From Squalus acanthias (lineage: Eukaryota), in NCBI GenBank assembly GCA_030390025.1, contig JASTWF010000033.1, positions 5,582,001-5,646,000 on the forward strand: a DNA stretch of 64,000 nt, given 5' to 3'. Positions 1-11,176 of this stretch are shown here, in pieces; position 1 is the stretch's first letter, and each line of letters opens with the position of its first letter. Position numbers and translations under genes: made by a program. Under the pieces are notes generated by a model, which saw nothing but the letters and a program-made list of their open reading frames with translations, ran no database searches and was not told the origin of the DNA.

Positions 1-280
1 TTGCCATGGCTGTGATCAACTAACAGCCCAGATCAAGGACTGCACTTTGGACCTTCCCAGTCAGTAGTGCCGAATGTTTTAAAGCGGGCGTGGTGGTAGG
101 GCGGGGCCAATGTGGAGGTGGGAAGTGTTGGAAGAGAACATTCTGAAAGAAATGCTACTCCACCTTTAAAGGACCATGATGTGGAGATGCCGGTGTTGGA
201 CTGGGGTAGACAAATGTGAGAATTCGCGGGATGGATCTTGTTGATGTTATCGTGTAGTCTTTTCAGTGATTCTTCACCAT

Positions 281-640
281 GGTTCCAAATCTTAGGACCA
301 CTTACACTGTCACACCAAATCCAGGGACCACTTACACTGTGACACTAAATCCAGGGACAATTTACAGTGTGACACCAAATCCAGGGACAACTTACACTAT
401 GACACCAAATGCGGGGACCACTTACATTGTGACACCAAATCCAGGAGTATTTGCACTGTGACACCAATTCCAGGGCCCACTTACAATGCGACACCAAATC
501 TGGGGAACACTTACTCTGAGACACCAAATCGAGAGACCACTTACACTGTGACACCAAATCCGGGGAACACTTACAGTGTGACACCAAATCCAGGGACCAC
601 TTACACTACGATACCGAATCCAGGGATCATTTACACTGAG
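281..640. repeat. 30-bp minisatellite (CCAGGGACCACTTACACTGTGACACCAAAT), about 12 copies
   Basis: Directly visible tandem units; the ORFs at 279 and 458 show the 10-aa period TPNPGTTYTV. Confidence 0.95.
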
Positions 641-1479
641 TCTATAAATGGGAATCAGAGAGCCTCTGTATGGGGACTGGTCATGGTGGTGAAATCAGCT
701 CCAGTGAGGGTGAAAGGCGGGTAATGGATGAAGATATGATGTTGGAATCAGATGGTTACTGGTGGGGCCTGGTGACAGGTTATTGTCAGAAGCCCTTTAC
801 AGGCAGGCCAAAGATTGGATGTAAGCAGCACAACACCTGGATCCGCCTGTTCTTGTCCCCAAGTCTAATGACCCTGATGTCTTTTTCTGTGTCAAATGTA
901 GAGTTGTGAAAGAAGAGAGGAAATCAGGCTCGGGCCAGAAAGATGATTCCTTGAATGAACAATTCATGAGGCTGTTTTCTGACTCATCTGCGTGAGGTTA
1001 TAACACCATGAAATGAAAGAGAACATGTCGAGTGACACTGGCGTTGTCAATAGTGGTTTCTATCCCTAATCACCGTCTCATAAGCCTAACATCCTAACCC
1101 GAACCCCAGCCCCTAACCCCTAATGAAGGATTATTGACAGGGTTCAATGGAGGAGCTAAAGACCTGATGAAGGAAGTATTAGAAAAAATGATCTCAATTA
1201 AGAAATAGTGCAAGTTATGTTAATAACAAGAGATTGAATCAAAGAGACCATCAAAATCAGCAATGACAATTACAAAGATCAGAACATTTCAAAGGCGATC
1301 ACATGCAATATGTGTGAAGGAGTTTTTACTAAATTGGATCCAAAAAGGGTTAAATGATACAGAAAATAACGGATTGCAAATCTTATACAAGATCGTTCTT
1401 TTAAGGGTGGTTCAAAGGAATTTCAGATGAGTGTACTCTTTTTAAGCAACCCATAAACAAATAAACTGTAACTTAACAA

Positions 1480-1790
1480 AAATACATTAAATTAAACTTA
1501 ATAAATTAAATAAAAATTTGGTTGCCGGGGGTGATGATGCACTTTAGTCCCTGCGGTGCCCACCGGTCGCAGACACCGCGTGCTCCATCTCCAGGGCCAC
1601 CCGGGCGCAAATGTGTCCGAACAACCCCCTCGACCGCCTGCTGCCTGGACCAGTTAATGGCCTTTTTGGCCAGGCCCAGGAGCAGTCCTATGAGGAGGTC
1701 CTCCGATCTGCCCGCTCCCCTCCGCACCGAGTGAGTCAGATGAGTGTACAGTGAGACACTGCAGTTCAGTCTCTGACACCCACAAGCCAT
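1480..1790 (-). mobile_element. 3' fragment of a Tx1/L1-clade LINE (ORF2 C-terminus)
   Basis: Minus-strand peptide EDLLIGLLLGLAKKAINWSRQQAVEG...CDRWAPQGLKCII resembles the Tx1-type ORF2 C-terminus and is followed by a T/A-rich tail. Family call from recognition only. Confidence 0.55.
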
Positions 1791-1944
1791 GTACTCAAAC
1801 GGAACAAGCTTGGGGTTTGATGTGGTAGAGGATGAACGAGGTGAGAAGTGATATAAGTTAGAGTAAGAAAGGGCCCAAAAATAGAACAGTCTGTAACAAC
1901 ATCAATTCGTCTCCTCTTATCAACTATTCGACCGACTGTCAGTT

Positions 1945-2058
1945 TGAAACACAGCTGATGTATTCAATATTTATACAGAACATTAATCTCCAGCCCAGTT
2001 ATAGGGGTTATTAAGATCAGCAGAAACATACTCTAACTGCCAGAATGAATATAGTTCA
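1945..2058 (-). pseudogene. Inverted relic of a zinc-finger gene 3' UTR
   Basis: The reverse complement (...TGATCTTAATAACCCCTATAACTGGGCTGGAGATTAATGTTCTG...) aligns by eye with the ZNF 3' UTR at about 6236-6358 (...TGATGTTAATAACCCCTGTAACTGGGCTGGAGTTTAATATTCTG...). No adjacent finger-coding sequence. Confidence 0.7.
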
Positions 2059-2434
2059 AATATTTTTATTCAAAAACAATAATACCTGTACAACTCATCA
2101 ATTACATAGTAAATCCATTACATAGTAAATCCATTACATTCATCCATCACAGTAAAAAATAAAGCCTTAAAAACAGCCTTATAGTTAATATAAATGCAAT
2201 GATTAATTTTACAAATAATCAATAATCTTTACAGTACAAATACCCTTAAACAATACCACACAACTTTTTAGATTTAAAATAATAAATCTCAAAGTTAACT
2301 CCACATAAAACAAAAACCATTTCAACACCAGTGTACAAACACATAGCACCATCATAATCCAATTAAATGCTACAGATAACATTTATTCCAATAAACCAAG
2401 AAAAAAACCCTTTTACGCCAGTCCTACTGGCATT

Positions 2435-2910
2435 GTTCGTTCGATCATTCGATCATTCATTCAATTGTTCGTTCGTTCATTCAAGCGTTCGTTCGTTCGA
2501 TCGAGCGTAAGTTCCAATATGTATGTATGAATGCGTGTGTGCGTATCATTTGTCTAAGTGCGCGCCTGCATGCGTTCGCTCGATTATCGTTCGTTTGATC
2601 GTTCACCACGTGATCATTCGTTCGATCGAGTGTAAGTTCCAATGTGCATGCTTGCGTTCGCTCGAATCGTTCGTTCGACCACTACCCCATGAGGTCGTTC
2701 GTTTGATCGAGTGTAAGTTCCAATATGTATGTCTGAATGCGTGCGTGCATATCATTTGTCTAAGTGCGCGCCTGCGTGCGTTCCCTCGAATCGTTCGTTC
2801 TATCACTGCACAAGTGATCATTCGTTCGATCGAGTGTAAGTTCCAATATGCATGAATGCGTTTGTTCGAATCGTTCATCCGTTCGTTCACTCGAGCGTCC
2901 GTTCGTTCAA
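2435..2910. repeat. CpG-rich compound repeat (TTCG/GATC microsatellite with 4 copies of CGATCGAGTGTAAGTTCCAAT)
   Basis: The motif recurs near 2498, 2623, 2704 and 2827 within (TTCG)n-like sequence. Confidence 0.85.
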
Positions 2911-3685
2911 TAAATTACCAATATTAATTTACTTTATCTTTTCAAACACACCAACACCAGATAATAACCTCAAAGTAAATTCCTACATAACCACCAATAC
3001 ATCATCATGTGCAAATTCCCACAATCCTTATCAGAAAATCAATTAAGTTTCAAGTAAACTGCTTTCAAACAGAAAACCTGAAACCTTCCCAACAAAACAA
3101 TTAAATACCAGTTCTACGCCAGTCCTATTGGCAATCCATTAACTCATATCATTTGATGTTGTCGAACCATGTCCACAGTCTTCAGCCCTTCCACGGAAAA
3201 AGAAGCCATCCACTTCCTGAAATCCCGTAAAAAGACCGAACACTCAAATCTTCTTCTGCTTGCTGTTATCGCTCACAGGACCTAACCATCAAAGAATACT
3301 CATCATTCCTTACTGATATTACTTTGCTTTGTCTTTTAATTTCCTTTTATTTTCCGTCTTTTAACCATTCACATTTTCCATCTTGTAAACGCTCACGCGC
3401 CACATTACAGATGGAAATAATTTGTCTTTCCTTCACCAATATGGCGACGCATAAACCGGTCCCATGACCAAGAAAAAGCATCACAGCTGCCGCCAGGCAG
3501 AGCAGATGCTGGGCCGCTGGAACTCATTAAGGCCCGAAACCATTCTGCAACTTTCAGAACCAGTGCAGCAATGCTCACCAACCGCATCTCCCGACTCCAC
3601 CTCTGCCGACCAGCCGCCCCGCCCTGGGCCCCCCGCCTGGGGTTCTCCGTGCTGGGCCTCCCGCCCAGGCCACTCTCCTCCGGGT

Positions 3686-3888
3686 CTTCCACCTTGGGCC
3701 TTCTGCACCGGGCCCTCCGCACCAGCATTCCCCGCGAGCAGCCGGGGTGTGGAGCTGCCCGTTCACACAGCGCCGAGTTGAAAATCTCACAGCCTTTCCT
3801 CCCCGGGCCTTCTGCACTGGGCCCTCCGCACCGGCATTCCCCGCAAGCAGCCGGGATGTGGAGCTCACCCGTTCACACAGCACCAAAC
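3686..3888. repeat. GC-rich direct duplication (about 90-bp unit, 2 copies)
   Basis: GGGCCTTCTGCAC..GGGCCCTCCGCACC.GCATTCCCCGC.AGCAGCCGGG.TGTGGAGCT..CCCGTTCACACAGC occurs at about 3696 and 3805. Confidence 0.85.
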
Positions 3889-4009
3889 TAAACTGAGAAT
3901 CTTGCAGCCTGGGCTTCGATTTTGTCATTAGGGCGGGCTGGGCATGAACATGGTTCAGTGCTCAAGGAAATCTTGGAAAATTCTGTTCTATTCACTAATG
4001 GGGCCTTTC

Positions 4010-4435
4010 AATGGCGGAGGTTTGACCCAGCATTCACCGCGGGGGAGAATGTGCCGCACACGGACTAGAGGAGCCCAGTGCGCAGGCGCAGGACCCGCCT
4101 TGTTTGGGCATGCGCGGTGCGTGTCATCTCAGAGGACGTTGTCTCTGATGAGCTCCTGATCAATCCGTGAAAAGCGACCGGACGGAGCGGAGTAATGGAC
4201 CGGCGGTGGGCTGGGAGGCTTCATAAACAACTAGTGCAGGCCGCAAGCACCGAATAATAACCTGAAGGTCCCGCGTTTGCAGCTTCGGGGCTTCTTCCGG
4301 TCACAGGCCCAGGATAACGGCCGCCATCTTGAGTCAGTGAGTAGCAAAGCGCATGCGCAGACATCTTGTTTGTGAACAGAGTGGGCGGGGCTTCAGTGTC
4401 TGTTCCCAACCGGGTCCTAGTGCCCGGGTAAGTAA
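4010..4435 (+). promoter_or_regulatory. CpG-island promoter and probable non-coding exon 1 of the ZNF gene
   Basis: CpG-dense; NRF1-like TGCGCAGGCGCA (4079) and GCGCATGCGCA (4349), ETS CTTCCGG (4294), YY1 CCGCCATCTT (4321), GC box GGGCGGGGC (4383), splice donor GG|GTAAGT (about 4427). Confidence 0.7.
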
Positions 4436-4573
4436 ACATTGACTCAGTTATTTGATTCAGACTCTCTGCACTTCGGATTTCTCACCATCTCTCCAGAAGG
4501 CGCTGGTAAAAGCAGAACATACGGTTAACATCCCACACAGTTGTAACAGAAGAGCCCCAGAGCTGGGCCCCCC

Positions 4574-4970
4574 TTGTACAGTCCCAGGATTGGAATCCCC
4601 ATGTACAGTCCCAGGGTTAGAATCCCCATGTACAGTCCCAGGGTTGGAATCCCCATGTACAGTCCCAGGGTTAGAATCCCCATGTACAGTCCCAGGGTAA
4701 GAATCCCCATGTACAGTCCCAGGGTTGGAATCCCCATGTACAGTCCCAGGGTTAGAATCCCCATGTACAGTCCCAGGGTTAGAATCCCCATGTACAGTCC
4801 CAGGGTTAGAATCCCATGTACAGTCCCAGGGTTAGAATCCCCATGTACAGTCCCAGGGTTAGAATCCCCATGTACAGTCCCAGGGTTAGAATCCCCATGT
4901 ACAGTCCCAGGGTTAGAATCCCCATGTACAGTCCCAGGGTTAGAATCCCCATGTACAGTCCCAGGGTTGG
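4574..4970. repeat. 27-bp minisatellite (ATGTACAGTCCCAGGGTTAGAATCCCC), about 14-15 near-identical copies, in the ZNF intron
   Basis: Direct observation; 9-aa period MYSPRVRIP in the ORF track. Confidence 0.97.
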
Positions 4971-5249
4971 AACCCTCAGCAACACCGAGTGCGGGTCTCA
5001 GGCCCCGAGTCAGAGCCGCCAGGCCCTGGGCAACACCGAGTAGGAATGGCGATATATACCCAAGTCAGGATAGTGTGTGACTTGGAGGGGAACTGGGAGG
5101 TGATGGTGTTCCCATACACCTGCTGCCCTTGTCCATCTAGGTGGTGGAGGTCGCGTGTTTGGGAGGTGCTGTCAAAGTTCTAGTCGAGTTGCAGATGTAT
5201 TAAGTCGCTCTCCTTCACCCCTCCCACCTCGCTCTCTCTCCTCCCATAG

Positions 5250-5415
5250 AGGCCAGAGTCTTGTGTAGGCCCAGACCGGGTGGCGGGTTCCCTTCCCTGA
5301 AGGACATTAGTGAACCAGTTGAATTTTACAACAATCCGGCAGCTTTCATGGTCACTTTTTTCTAGTGCCGGCCCCACAAATTCCCAGATTCATTCAGCTC
5401 AATTTCACAACCTGC
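5250..5415 (-). mobile_element. DeuSINE/SacSINE-like fragment
   Basis: CCTTCCCTGAAGGACATTAGTGAACCAG...TTTTACAACAATC resembles a recurrent chondrichthyan SINE segment; family call from memory. Confidence 0.4.
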
Positions 5416-5571
5416 CTTTGTGTTTTTGTGGGTTCTCTCTCACCCTCCCTTTTTCCTGTTTTAAATTAATTTTACAGGGTATTAGAAGGGGAGGATTTGC
5501 AGACGGGAAACTCAAACCAAACATCACTTCAAGATCTGACAGAGTCACTCGATTCATCAGGACCTTTGAAC

Positions 5572-6189
5572 ATGGAAGCAGAAAGCACCGTTCAGAGCGG
5601 GGAGAAACCGTACATGTGTTCTGTGTGTGGACGAGGCTTCAGCCGATCCTCTTGCCTGTCGAGACACAAGCGCAGTCACACCGGGGAGAGGCCGTTCACC
5701 TGCACTGAGTGTGGGAAGGGATTCACTCAGTCATGCAATCTGCTGCAGCACCAGCGAGTTCACACTGACAAGAGACCTTTTGAATGTCAGGACTGCGGGA
5801 AGTGCTTTAAAAGTTCCAGGAACCTGACACACCATCATAGTGTTCACACTGACAAGAGACCGTTCAGGTGCTCTTACTGTGGGACTGGGTTCAGGCGATC
5901 ATCTGAACTCACTGTACACCAGCGCACTCACACCGGGGAGAGGCCGTTCACCTGCTCCGGGTGTGGGAAGGGATTCACTCGGTCATCCCACCTGCTGACA
6001 CACCAGCGAGTTCACACTGGGGAGAGGCCATTCACCTGCTCTGAGTGTGGGAAGGGATTCACTCATTCATCCAACCTGCTGACACACCAGCGAGTTCACA
6101 CTGGGGAGAGACCATTCACCTGCTCCGAGTGTGGAAAGGGATTCACTGACTCATCCCACCTGCTGAGACACCAGCGAGTTCACAAGTGA
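5572..6189 (+). CDS. C2H2 zinc-finger protein, 7 tandem fingers, 205 aa, single coding exon
   Basis: Seven CxxC-x12-HxxxH units with TGERP/TDKRP linkers and no stops; acceptor TTTTACAG|G at 5477/5478; first ATG (AACATGG) at 5572. The frame is open upstream, so an N-terminal extension is possible. Confidence 0.93.
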   Translation: MEAESTVQSGEKPYMCSVCGRGFSRSSCLSRHKRSHTGERPFTCTECGKGFTQSCNLLQHQRVHTDKRPFECQDCGKCFKSSRNLTHHHSVHTDKRPFRCSYCGTGFRRSSELTVHQRTHTGERPFTCSGCGKGFTRSSHLLTHQRVHTGERPFTCSECGKGFTHSSNLLTHQRVHTGERPFTCSECGKGFTDSSHLLRHQRVHK

Positions 6190-6333
6190 CTGCAGGGGTT
6201 GGATTCTGTGTTATTGGTGCTGTTAATTACATCCTGAACTGAATCGTGTTCACACTGACAGCTGGGGTTTGTATCTGTTGATGTTAATAACCCCTGTAAC
6301 TGGGCTGGAGTTTAATATTCTGGATATATGTCA

Positions 6334-6339
6334 AATAAA
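6334..6339 (+). terminator. Polyadenylation signal of the ZNF gene
   Basis: AATAAA 145 nt after the stop, followed by GT-rich TTGTTGTGGATTTTTGT. Confidence 0.6.
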
Positions 6340-6574
6340 TCAGCTTTGCTTTAAACACATTGTTGTGGATTTTTGTCGTTCCCACCTGAGTGTTTAGCAT
6401 CACCTGGCTGGAGCTCAGAAAGGACAATCTGGGGGGAGGATCGTACGGCGGGAACAGAACTACAGCCTGGACACAGTCCTTCAGGGCCACACTGAGAGGG
6501 GCAAACGGCACTTTGGTCTTTCTCGTCTCTCTTCACTGACAGCAAAGTTGCCGGGCAGATTAAGAACACAAGGA

Positions 6575-7455
6575 AAGATCATAAGAATTAGGAGCAGGAG
6601 TAGGTCACACGGCCCCTCGAGCCTGCTCTGCCATTCAGTAAGATCATGGCTGATCATCCACCTCAACTCCACTTTCCCACCCGATCTCCATATCCCTTGA
6701 TTCCCCTAGAGTCCAAAAATCTATCTATCTCAGCCTTGAATATACTCAAAGACTGAACATTCACAGCCCTCTGGGGTAGAGAATTCCAAAGATTCACAAC
6801 CCTCCGAGTGAAAAAATTCCTCCTCATCTCAGTCTTAAATGGCCTACCCCTTATCCTGAGACTATGCTCCCTAGTTCTAGACACTCCAGCCAGGGGAAAC
6901 AACCTCTCAGCATCTACCCTGTCAATCCCCTTCAGAATCTTGTATGTTTCAATGAGATCACCTCTCATTCTTCTAAACTCCAGAGAGTAGAGGCCCATTC
7001 TACACAATCTCTCATCACAGGACAGCCCTCTCATCCCAGGAATCAATCTCGTGAACCTTCGTTGCACCTACTCCAAGGCATGTATATCCTTCCTTAGATA
7101 AAGAGACCAAAACTGTGCACAGTACTCCAGGTGTGGTCTCACCAAGGCCCTGTACAATTGTAGTAAGACTTCCTTACTCTTATACTCCAACCCCTTGCAA
7201 TAAAGGCCAACATGCCATTTGCCTTCCTTATTGCTTGCTGTACCTGCATGCTAGCTTTCTGTGTTTCTTGCATGAGGACACCCAAATCTCTCTGAACACC
7301 AACATTTGTAAGTTTCTCACCATTTAAAAAATATTCTGTTTTTCTATTCTTCCTACCAAAGTGAATAACCTCACATTTTCCTACATTATACTCCATCTGC
7401 CATCTTACTGCCCACTCACTTAGTCTATCTATATCCCTTTGCAGACCTATATCCC
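6575..7455 (-). mobile_element. CR1 LINE, 5'-truncated (RT C-terminus and 3' UTR)
   Basis: Peptides YNVGKCEVIHFG, QRRFTRLIPGM and RRNFFTRRVVNLWNSLP; frameshifted. Confidence 0.95.
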
Positions 7456-7469
7456 TTTAATCTTGAGGC

Positions 7470-7925
7470 CGATAACAAAAGTGGCAGTCAGAGAAAACAA
7501 CGGTTTAAATCAAACATGGCCACAGCAAATACTAATTCTAATAGGTCTAAGAGCGTTAAAAAAACAAGCCTGAAGGCTTTGTGTCTTAATGCATGGAGCA
7601 TTCGGAACAAGGTGGATGAATTAGCTGCGCAAATAAAGGTAAACGAATATGATTTGATTGGGATTACCAAAATATGGCTCCAGAGTGGCCAAGGCTGGGA
7701 ACTCAACATCCAGGGGTACTCAATATTCAGGAAAGATAGGCAAAAAGGAAAGGGAGTTGATGCTAATAGCACAGACACATTTAAAGGGGGAAAGGAATAG
7801 AATGATATTTTTACTGGGTTAGATGAAGGAGGGTGGGTGGAGGGTCGTGTGGAGCATGGACACCAACATGGACATTTTGAGTCGAATGGCCTGTCTCGGT
7901 CCTGTAAATACTTTGTAAATTGTAT
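7470..7925 (+). mobile_element. CR1 fragments: ORF2 endonuclease N-terminus fused to a CR1 3' end
   Basis: LKALCLNAWSIRNKVDEL...YDLIGITKIWL (APE domain start), then an abrupt switch near 7760 to a 3'-UTR-like sequence. Confidence 0.8.
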
Positions 7926-8037
7926 TAAACATGTATAGGACCCGGGTCACGTCACACTTAGAGAACTGAGCATAGTTATGGTCTCCATAATATAAAAAGG
8001 ACATAGAAGAACTGGAGAAAGTGCAAAAAATACTTAC

Positions 8038-8867
8038 AACAACAACAACAACTTGTATTTATATAGCGCCTTTAACATAGTAAAATGACCCAAGCGATTC
8101 ACGGGAGCGATATTGAACAACACCTGACCCTGAGCCACATAAGGAGATATCTGGAAAGATGACCAAAAGCTTAGTCAAAGAGGTAAGTTTTAAGCAGCAT
8201 CGTAAAGGAGGAGGGAAATTTAGAGAAGCAGAGGTTCAGGGAGGGGATTCCTGAGCTTCGGGCCCAGGCAGCTGAAAGCACAGCCGCCAATGGTGGAGCG
8301 GTTACAATCGGAGATGTGAAAGAGGCCAGAATTAGAGGAACACAGAGATCTCGGGAGTGTTGTGGGGCTGGTGGAGCTTGCAGAGGTAGGGAGGGCGAGG
8401 CCATGTAGGGATTTGAAAGCAAGGATGATCATTTTAAAATGGAGGCATTGCCGGATCGGGAGTCACATGTAGGTCAGCGAGCACAGGGGTGGTGGTTTAC
8501 CGGGATTTGGTGTGGGTTAGGTTACGGGCAGCACAGCTTTGGATGAGCTCAAGTTATGGAGGGTGGGTGTTGGTAAGCCAGCCAGGAGAGAGTTGGTGTT
8601 ATCAAGTCTAGAGCTACCAAAGGCATGGATGATGGTTTGAGCAGCAGATGAGCTGAGGCAGGGGCGAAGTTCGGCGATGTTACCGAGGTGGAAGTAAGCC
8701 GTCCTGGTGATGGAGTGAATATCCGGTCGGAAGATCATCCCATGGTCAAATACGACACCAAGGTTGCAAACAGCATTTTTTGGTGCTAAGGAGAGGGATG
8801 GAGTCGGTGTTTAGGCAACGGAGTTTGTGAAGTGGGCCAATAGCTTCGTTCTTACAAATAATTAGGT
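8038..8867 (-). mobile_element. L2 LINE, 3' fragment with (TTG)n tail
   Basis: RTAYFHLGNIAELRPCLSSSAAQTIIHAFGSSRLDNTNSLLAGLP and AFKSLHGLA are L2 RT C-terminal motifs; (CAA)n at 8038-8052. Confidence 0.9.
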
Positions 8868-9139
8868 GGATGGCACCAGAACTGAAAGATTGCAGCTATC
8901 GTGAAAGATTGAACAGGTTGTGCCTTTCTGCTATAGAAGAGAGAGGTCTTTGCAGAGGCCTGATATAGATCTTCAAAATTATGAATGGGTTGGACAGGGT
9001 AGATGTGGAGAGAATGTTTACACTTGTGGGAGAATGCAACACTTGGGGGTCATAAATACAAGATAGTTACTAATAAATTCAATTTGGAAATAAGGAGCAA
9101 TTTCTGTACTCAGAGTGGCTAGAATGTGGACCTCACTAC

Positions 9140-10628
9140 ATTCGATGGAATCTGGAACTGTACCCATGGATTGGAGGGTAGCTAATGTAACCCCACTATT
9201 CAAAAATGGTGATAGAGAGAAAGCGGGGAATTACAGACCAGTAAGCCTGACATCGGTATTAGGGAAAATGCTAGAGTCCATTATAAAGGATGTAATAGCT
9301 GAGCACTTGAAAAACAGTGACAGGATCGGACAAAGTCAACATGGATTTACAAAAGGTAAATCGTGCTTGACCAATCTACTGGAATCTTTTGAGGATGTAA
9401 CTGGGAAAATAGATAAGGGAGAACCAGTAGAGGTGGTGTATTTGGACTTTCAAAAGGCTTTTGATAAGGTCCCACATAAGAGATTGGCGTGTAAAGTTAA
9501 GGCACATGGGATTGGGGGCAAGGTATTGACTTGGATAGAGAACTGGTTGGCGGACAGAAAGCAGAGAGTAGGAATTAATGGGTCTTTTTCTGAGTGGCAA
9601 GCAGTGACTAGTGGGGTACCGTAGGGATCGGTCCTTGGACCCCAGCTATTCATAATATACATTAATGGTCTAGATAAGGGAACTAAATGTAATATGTCCA
9701 AGTTTGCAGATGACACAAAGCTGGGTGGGAGTGTGTGCTGCGAGGAGGATACCGAGAAACTCCAGGATGATTTGGACAGGTTGGGTGAGTGGGCAGAAGC
9801 GTGGCAGATGCAATATAACGTGGATAAGTGCGAGGTTATCCACTTTGGTGTCAAAAACAGAAAGACAGACTATTATCTGAATTGCAATAGATTGGGAGAA
9901 GGGGAAGTGCAACGAGACCTGGGTGTCCTTGTGCACCAGTCGCTGAAAGTAAGCATGCAGGTGCAGCAGGCGGTGAAGAAGGCAAATAGTAAGTTGGCCT
10001 TCATAGCGAAAGGGTTTGAGTATAGGAACATGGATGTCCTGCTGCAGTTGTACAGGGCCTTGGTGAGACCACACCTTGAGTACTGTGTGCAGTTTTGGCC
10101 GCCTTATCTGAGGAAGGATGTTCTTGCCATGGAAGGAGTTCAGCGAAGATTCACAAGGCTGATACCTGGGATGGCAGGAATGACATATGAGGAGAGATTG
10201 GGTCGATTGGGCTTATACTCGCTGGAGTATAGAAGAATGAGAGGGGATCTCATCGAAACATATAAAATTCTGACAGGTCTGGACAAACTAGATGCAGGAA
10301 GAATGTTCCCGATGGTCGGAGAGTCCAGAACCAGGGGTCATAATCTAAGGATAACGGGTAAGCCATTTAGGACAGAAATGAGGAGGAATTTCTTCACCCA
10401 GAGAGTGGTGAATCTGTGGAATTCTCTACCACAGAAGGTAGTTTAGGCCAAGTCATTAAATATATTCAAGAATGAGTTAGATATATTTCTTAAAGCTAAA
10501 GGTATCAAGGGATATGGGGAGAAGGCAGGTACAGGGTACTGAGTTTGGATGATCAGCCATGATCTCATCGAATGGCGGAGCAGGCTCGAGAGGCCGAATG
10601 GCCTACTCCTGCTCCTATCTTCTATGTT
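9140..10628 (+). mobile_element. CR1 LINE, 5'-truncated RT region with nonsense codons
   Basis: NYRPVSLTS, YLDFQKAFDKVPH, SKFADDTKL; stops at about 9622 and 10444; ACTAC on both flanks (9135-9139, 10629-10633) as a likely target-site duplication. Confidence 0.96.
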
Positions 10629-11176
10629 ACTACCACAAGAAGAGCTTGAGGAAAATAGTTTAGATTATTTCAGAATGAAACTAAACCAGTAAATGCAAGA
10701 AAGGGGAATAGAAAGATATTCTGAGAGACTGAGATGAGGTAGATGCAATGAGAGGAGACTGATATGGAGGATAAACACCAGCACAGACTGATTGGGCCGA
10801 ATGGCCTGTTTGTGTGCTGTATATTCCAGGTAATATAATCCTCTGAACTGCAGCTCAGCTCCGCTCTGTCTGCCTACCTATTGACCAGGCTCTTACTCTG
10901 GAAGCAGTGAATGAATTGCTGCCCTCAATCGCTGAAGGGACACTTTACAGAAGAGCTCAGAGTGAAAGCAGCAAACTAGTGGTCCTGTCCCGAAAAACAA
11001 TGTGGGAAATGTCAGTCAGAAACAGCGCCGAGTCCTAAACACAGTGCTCGCCCCGTCGCTGGCAGTATCTTCAGATCTCCAGCGATTGCTGGTGTAATCC
11101 AGTGGATGGCGGTCTGGGGCTGAATATTGCATTCCTGGGCTGGAAACACTGGGAGCCGCCTCTGGGCTGCGCTCAG

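Larger units (their letters stand above)
2059..3943 (-). mobile_element. Unclassified 1.9-kb non-coding insertion (putative)
   Basis: Flanked by ATGAATATAGTTCA (2045-2058) and ATGAACATGGTTCA (3944-3957), 12/14 identical; minus-strand AATAAA at 2065-2070; internal repeats and two hairpins. Confidence 0.35.
7935..10835 (+). mobile_element. Old CR1 3' region split into three pieces (about 7935-8038, 8868-9139, 10629-10835) by younger L2 and CR1 insertions
   Basis: The pieces join colinearly and match the uninterrupted relative at about 19690-20200. Confidence 0.75.

Noticed and set aside
172..222. Possible short Penelope-terminus fragment (ATGATGTGGAGATGCCGGTG...)
   Set aside because: About 50 bp, recognised only from memory, with no second copy in the window to confirm it.
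279..724. Mucin-like TPNPGTTYTV ORFs
   Set aside because: A 30-bp minisatellite with a frameshift and no splice or domain support.
1080..1125. Interstitial telomeric repeat
   Set aside because: Only a few degenerate CCCTAA-like units.
3405..3928. Overlapping ORFs of about 100 aa on both strands
   Set aside because: GC-rich duplicated sequence with no domain features; expected by chance.
5497..5571. ORF-track start of the ZNF at 5497
   Set aside because: It is a TTG; the first ATG in good context is at 5572, though a spliced in-frame extension is not excluded.
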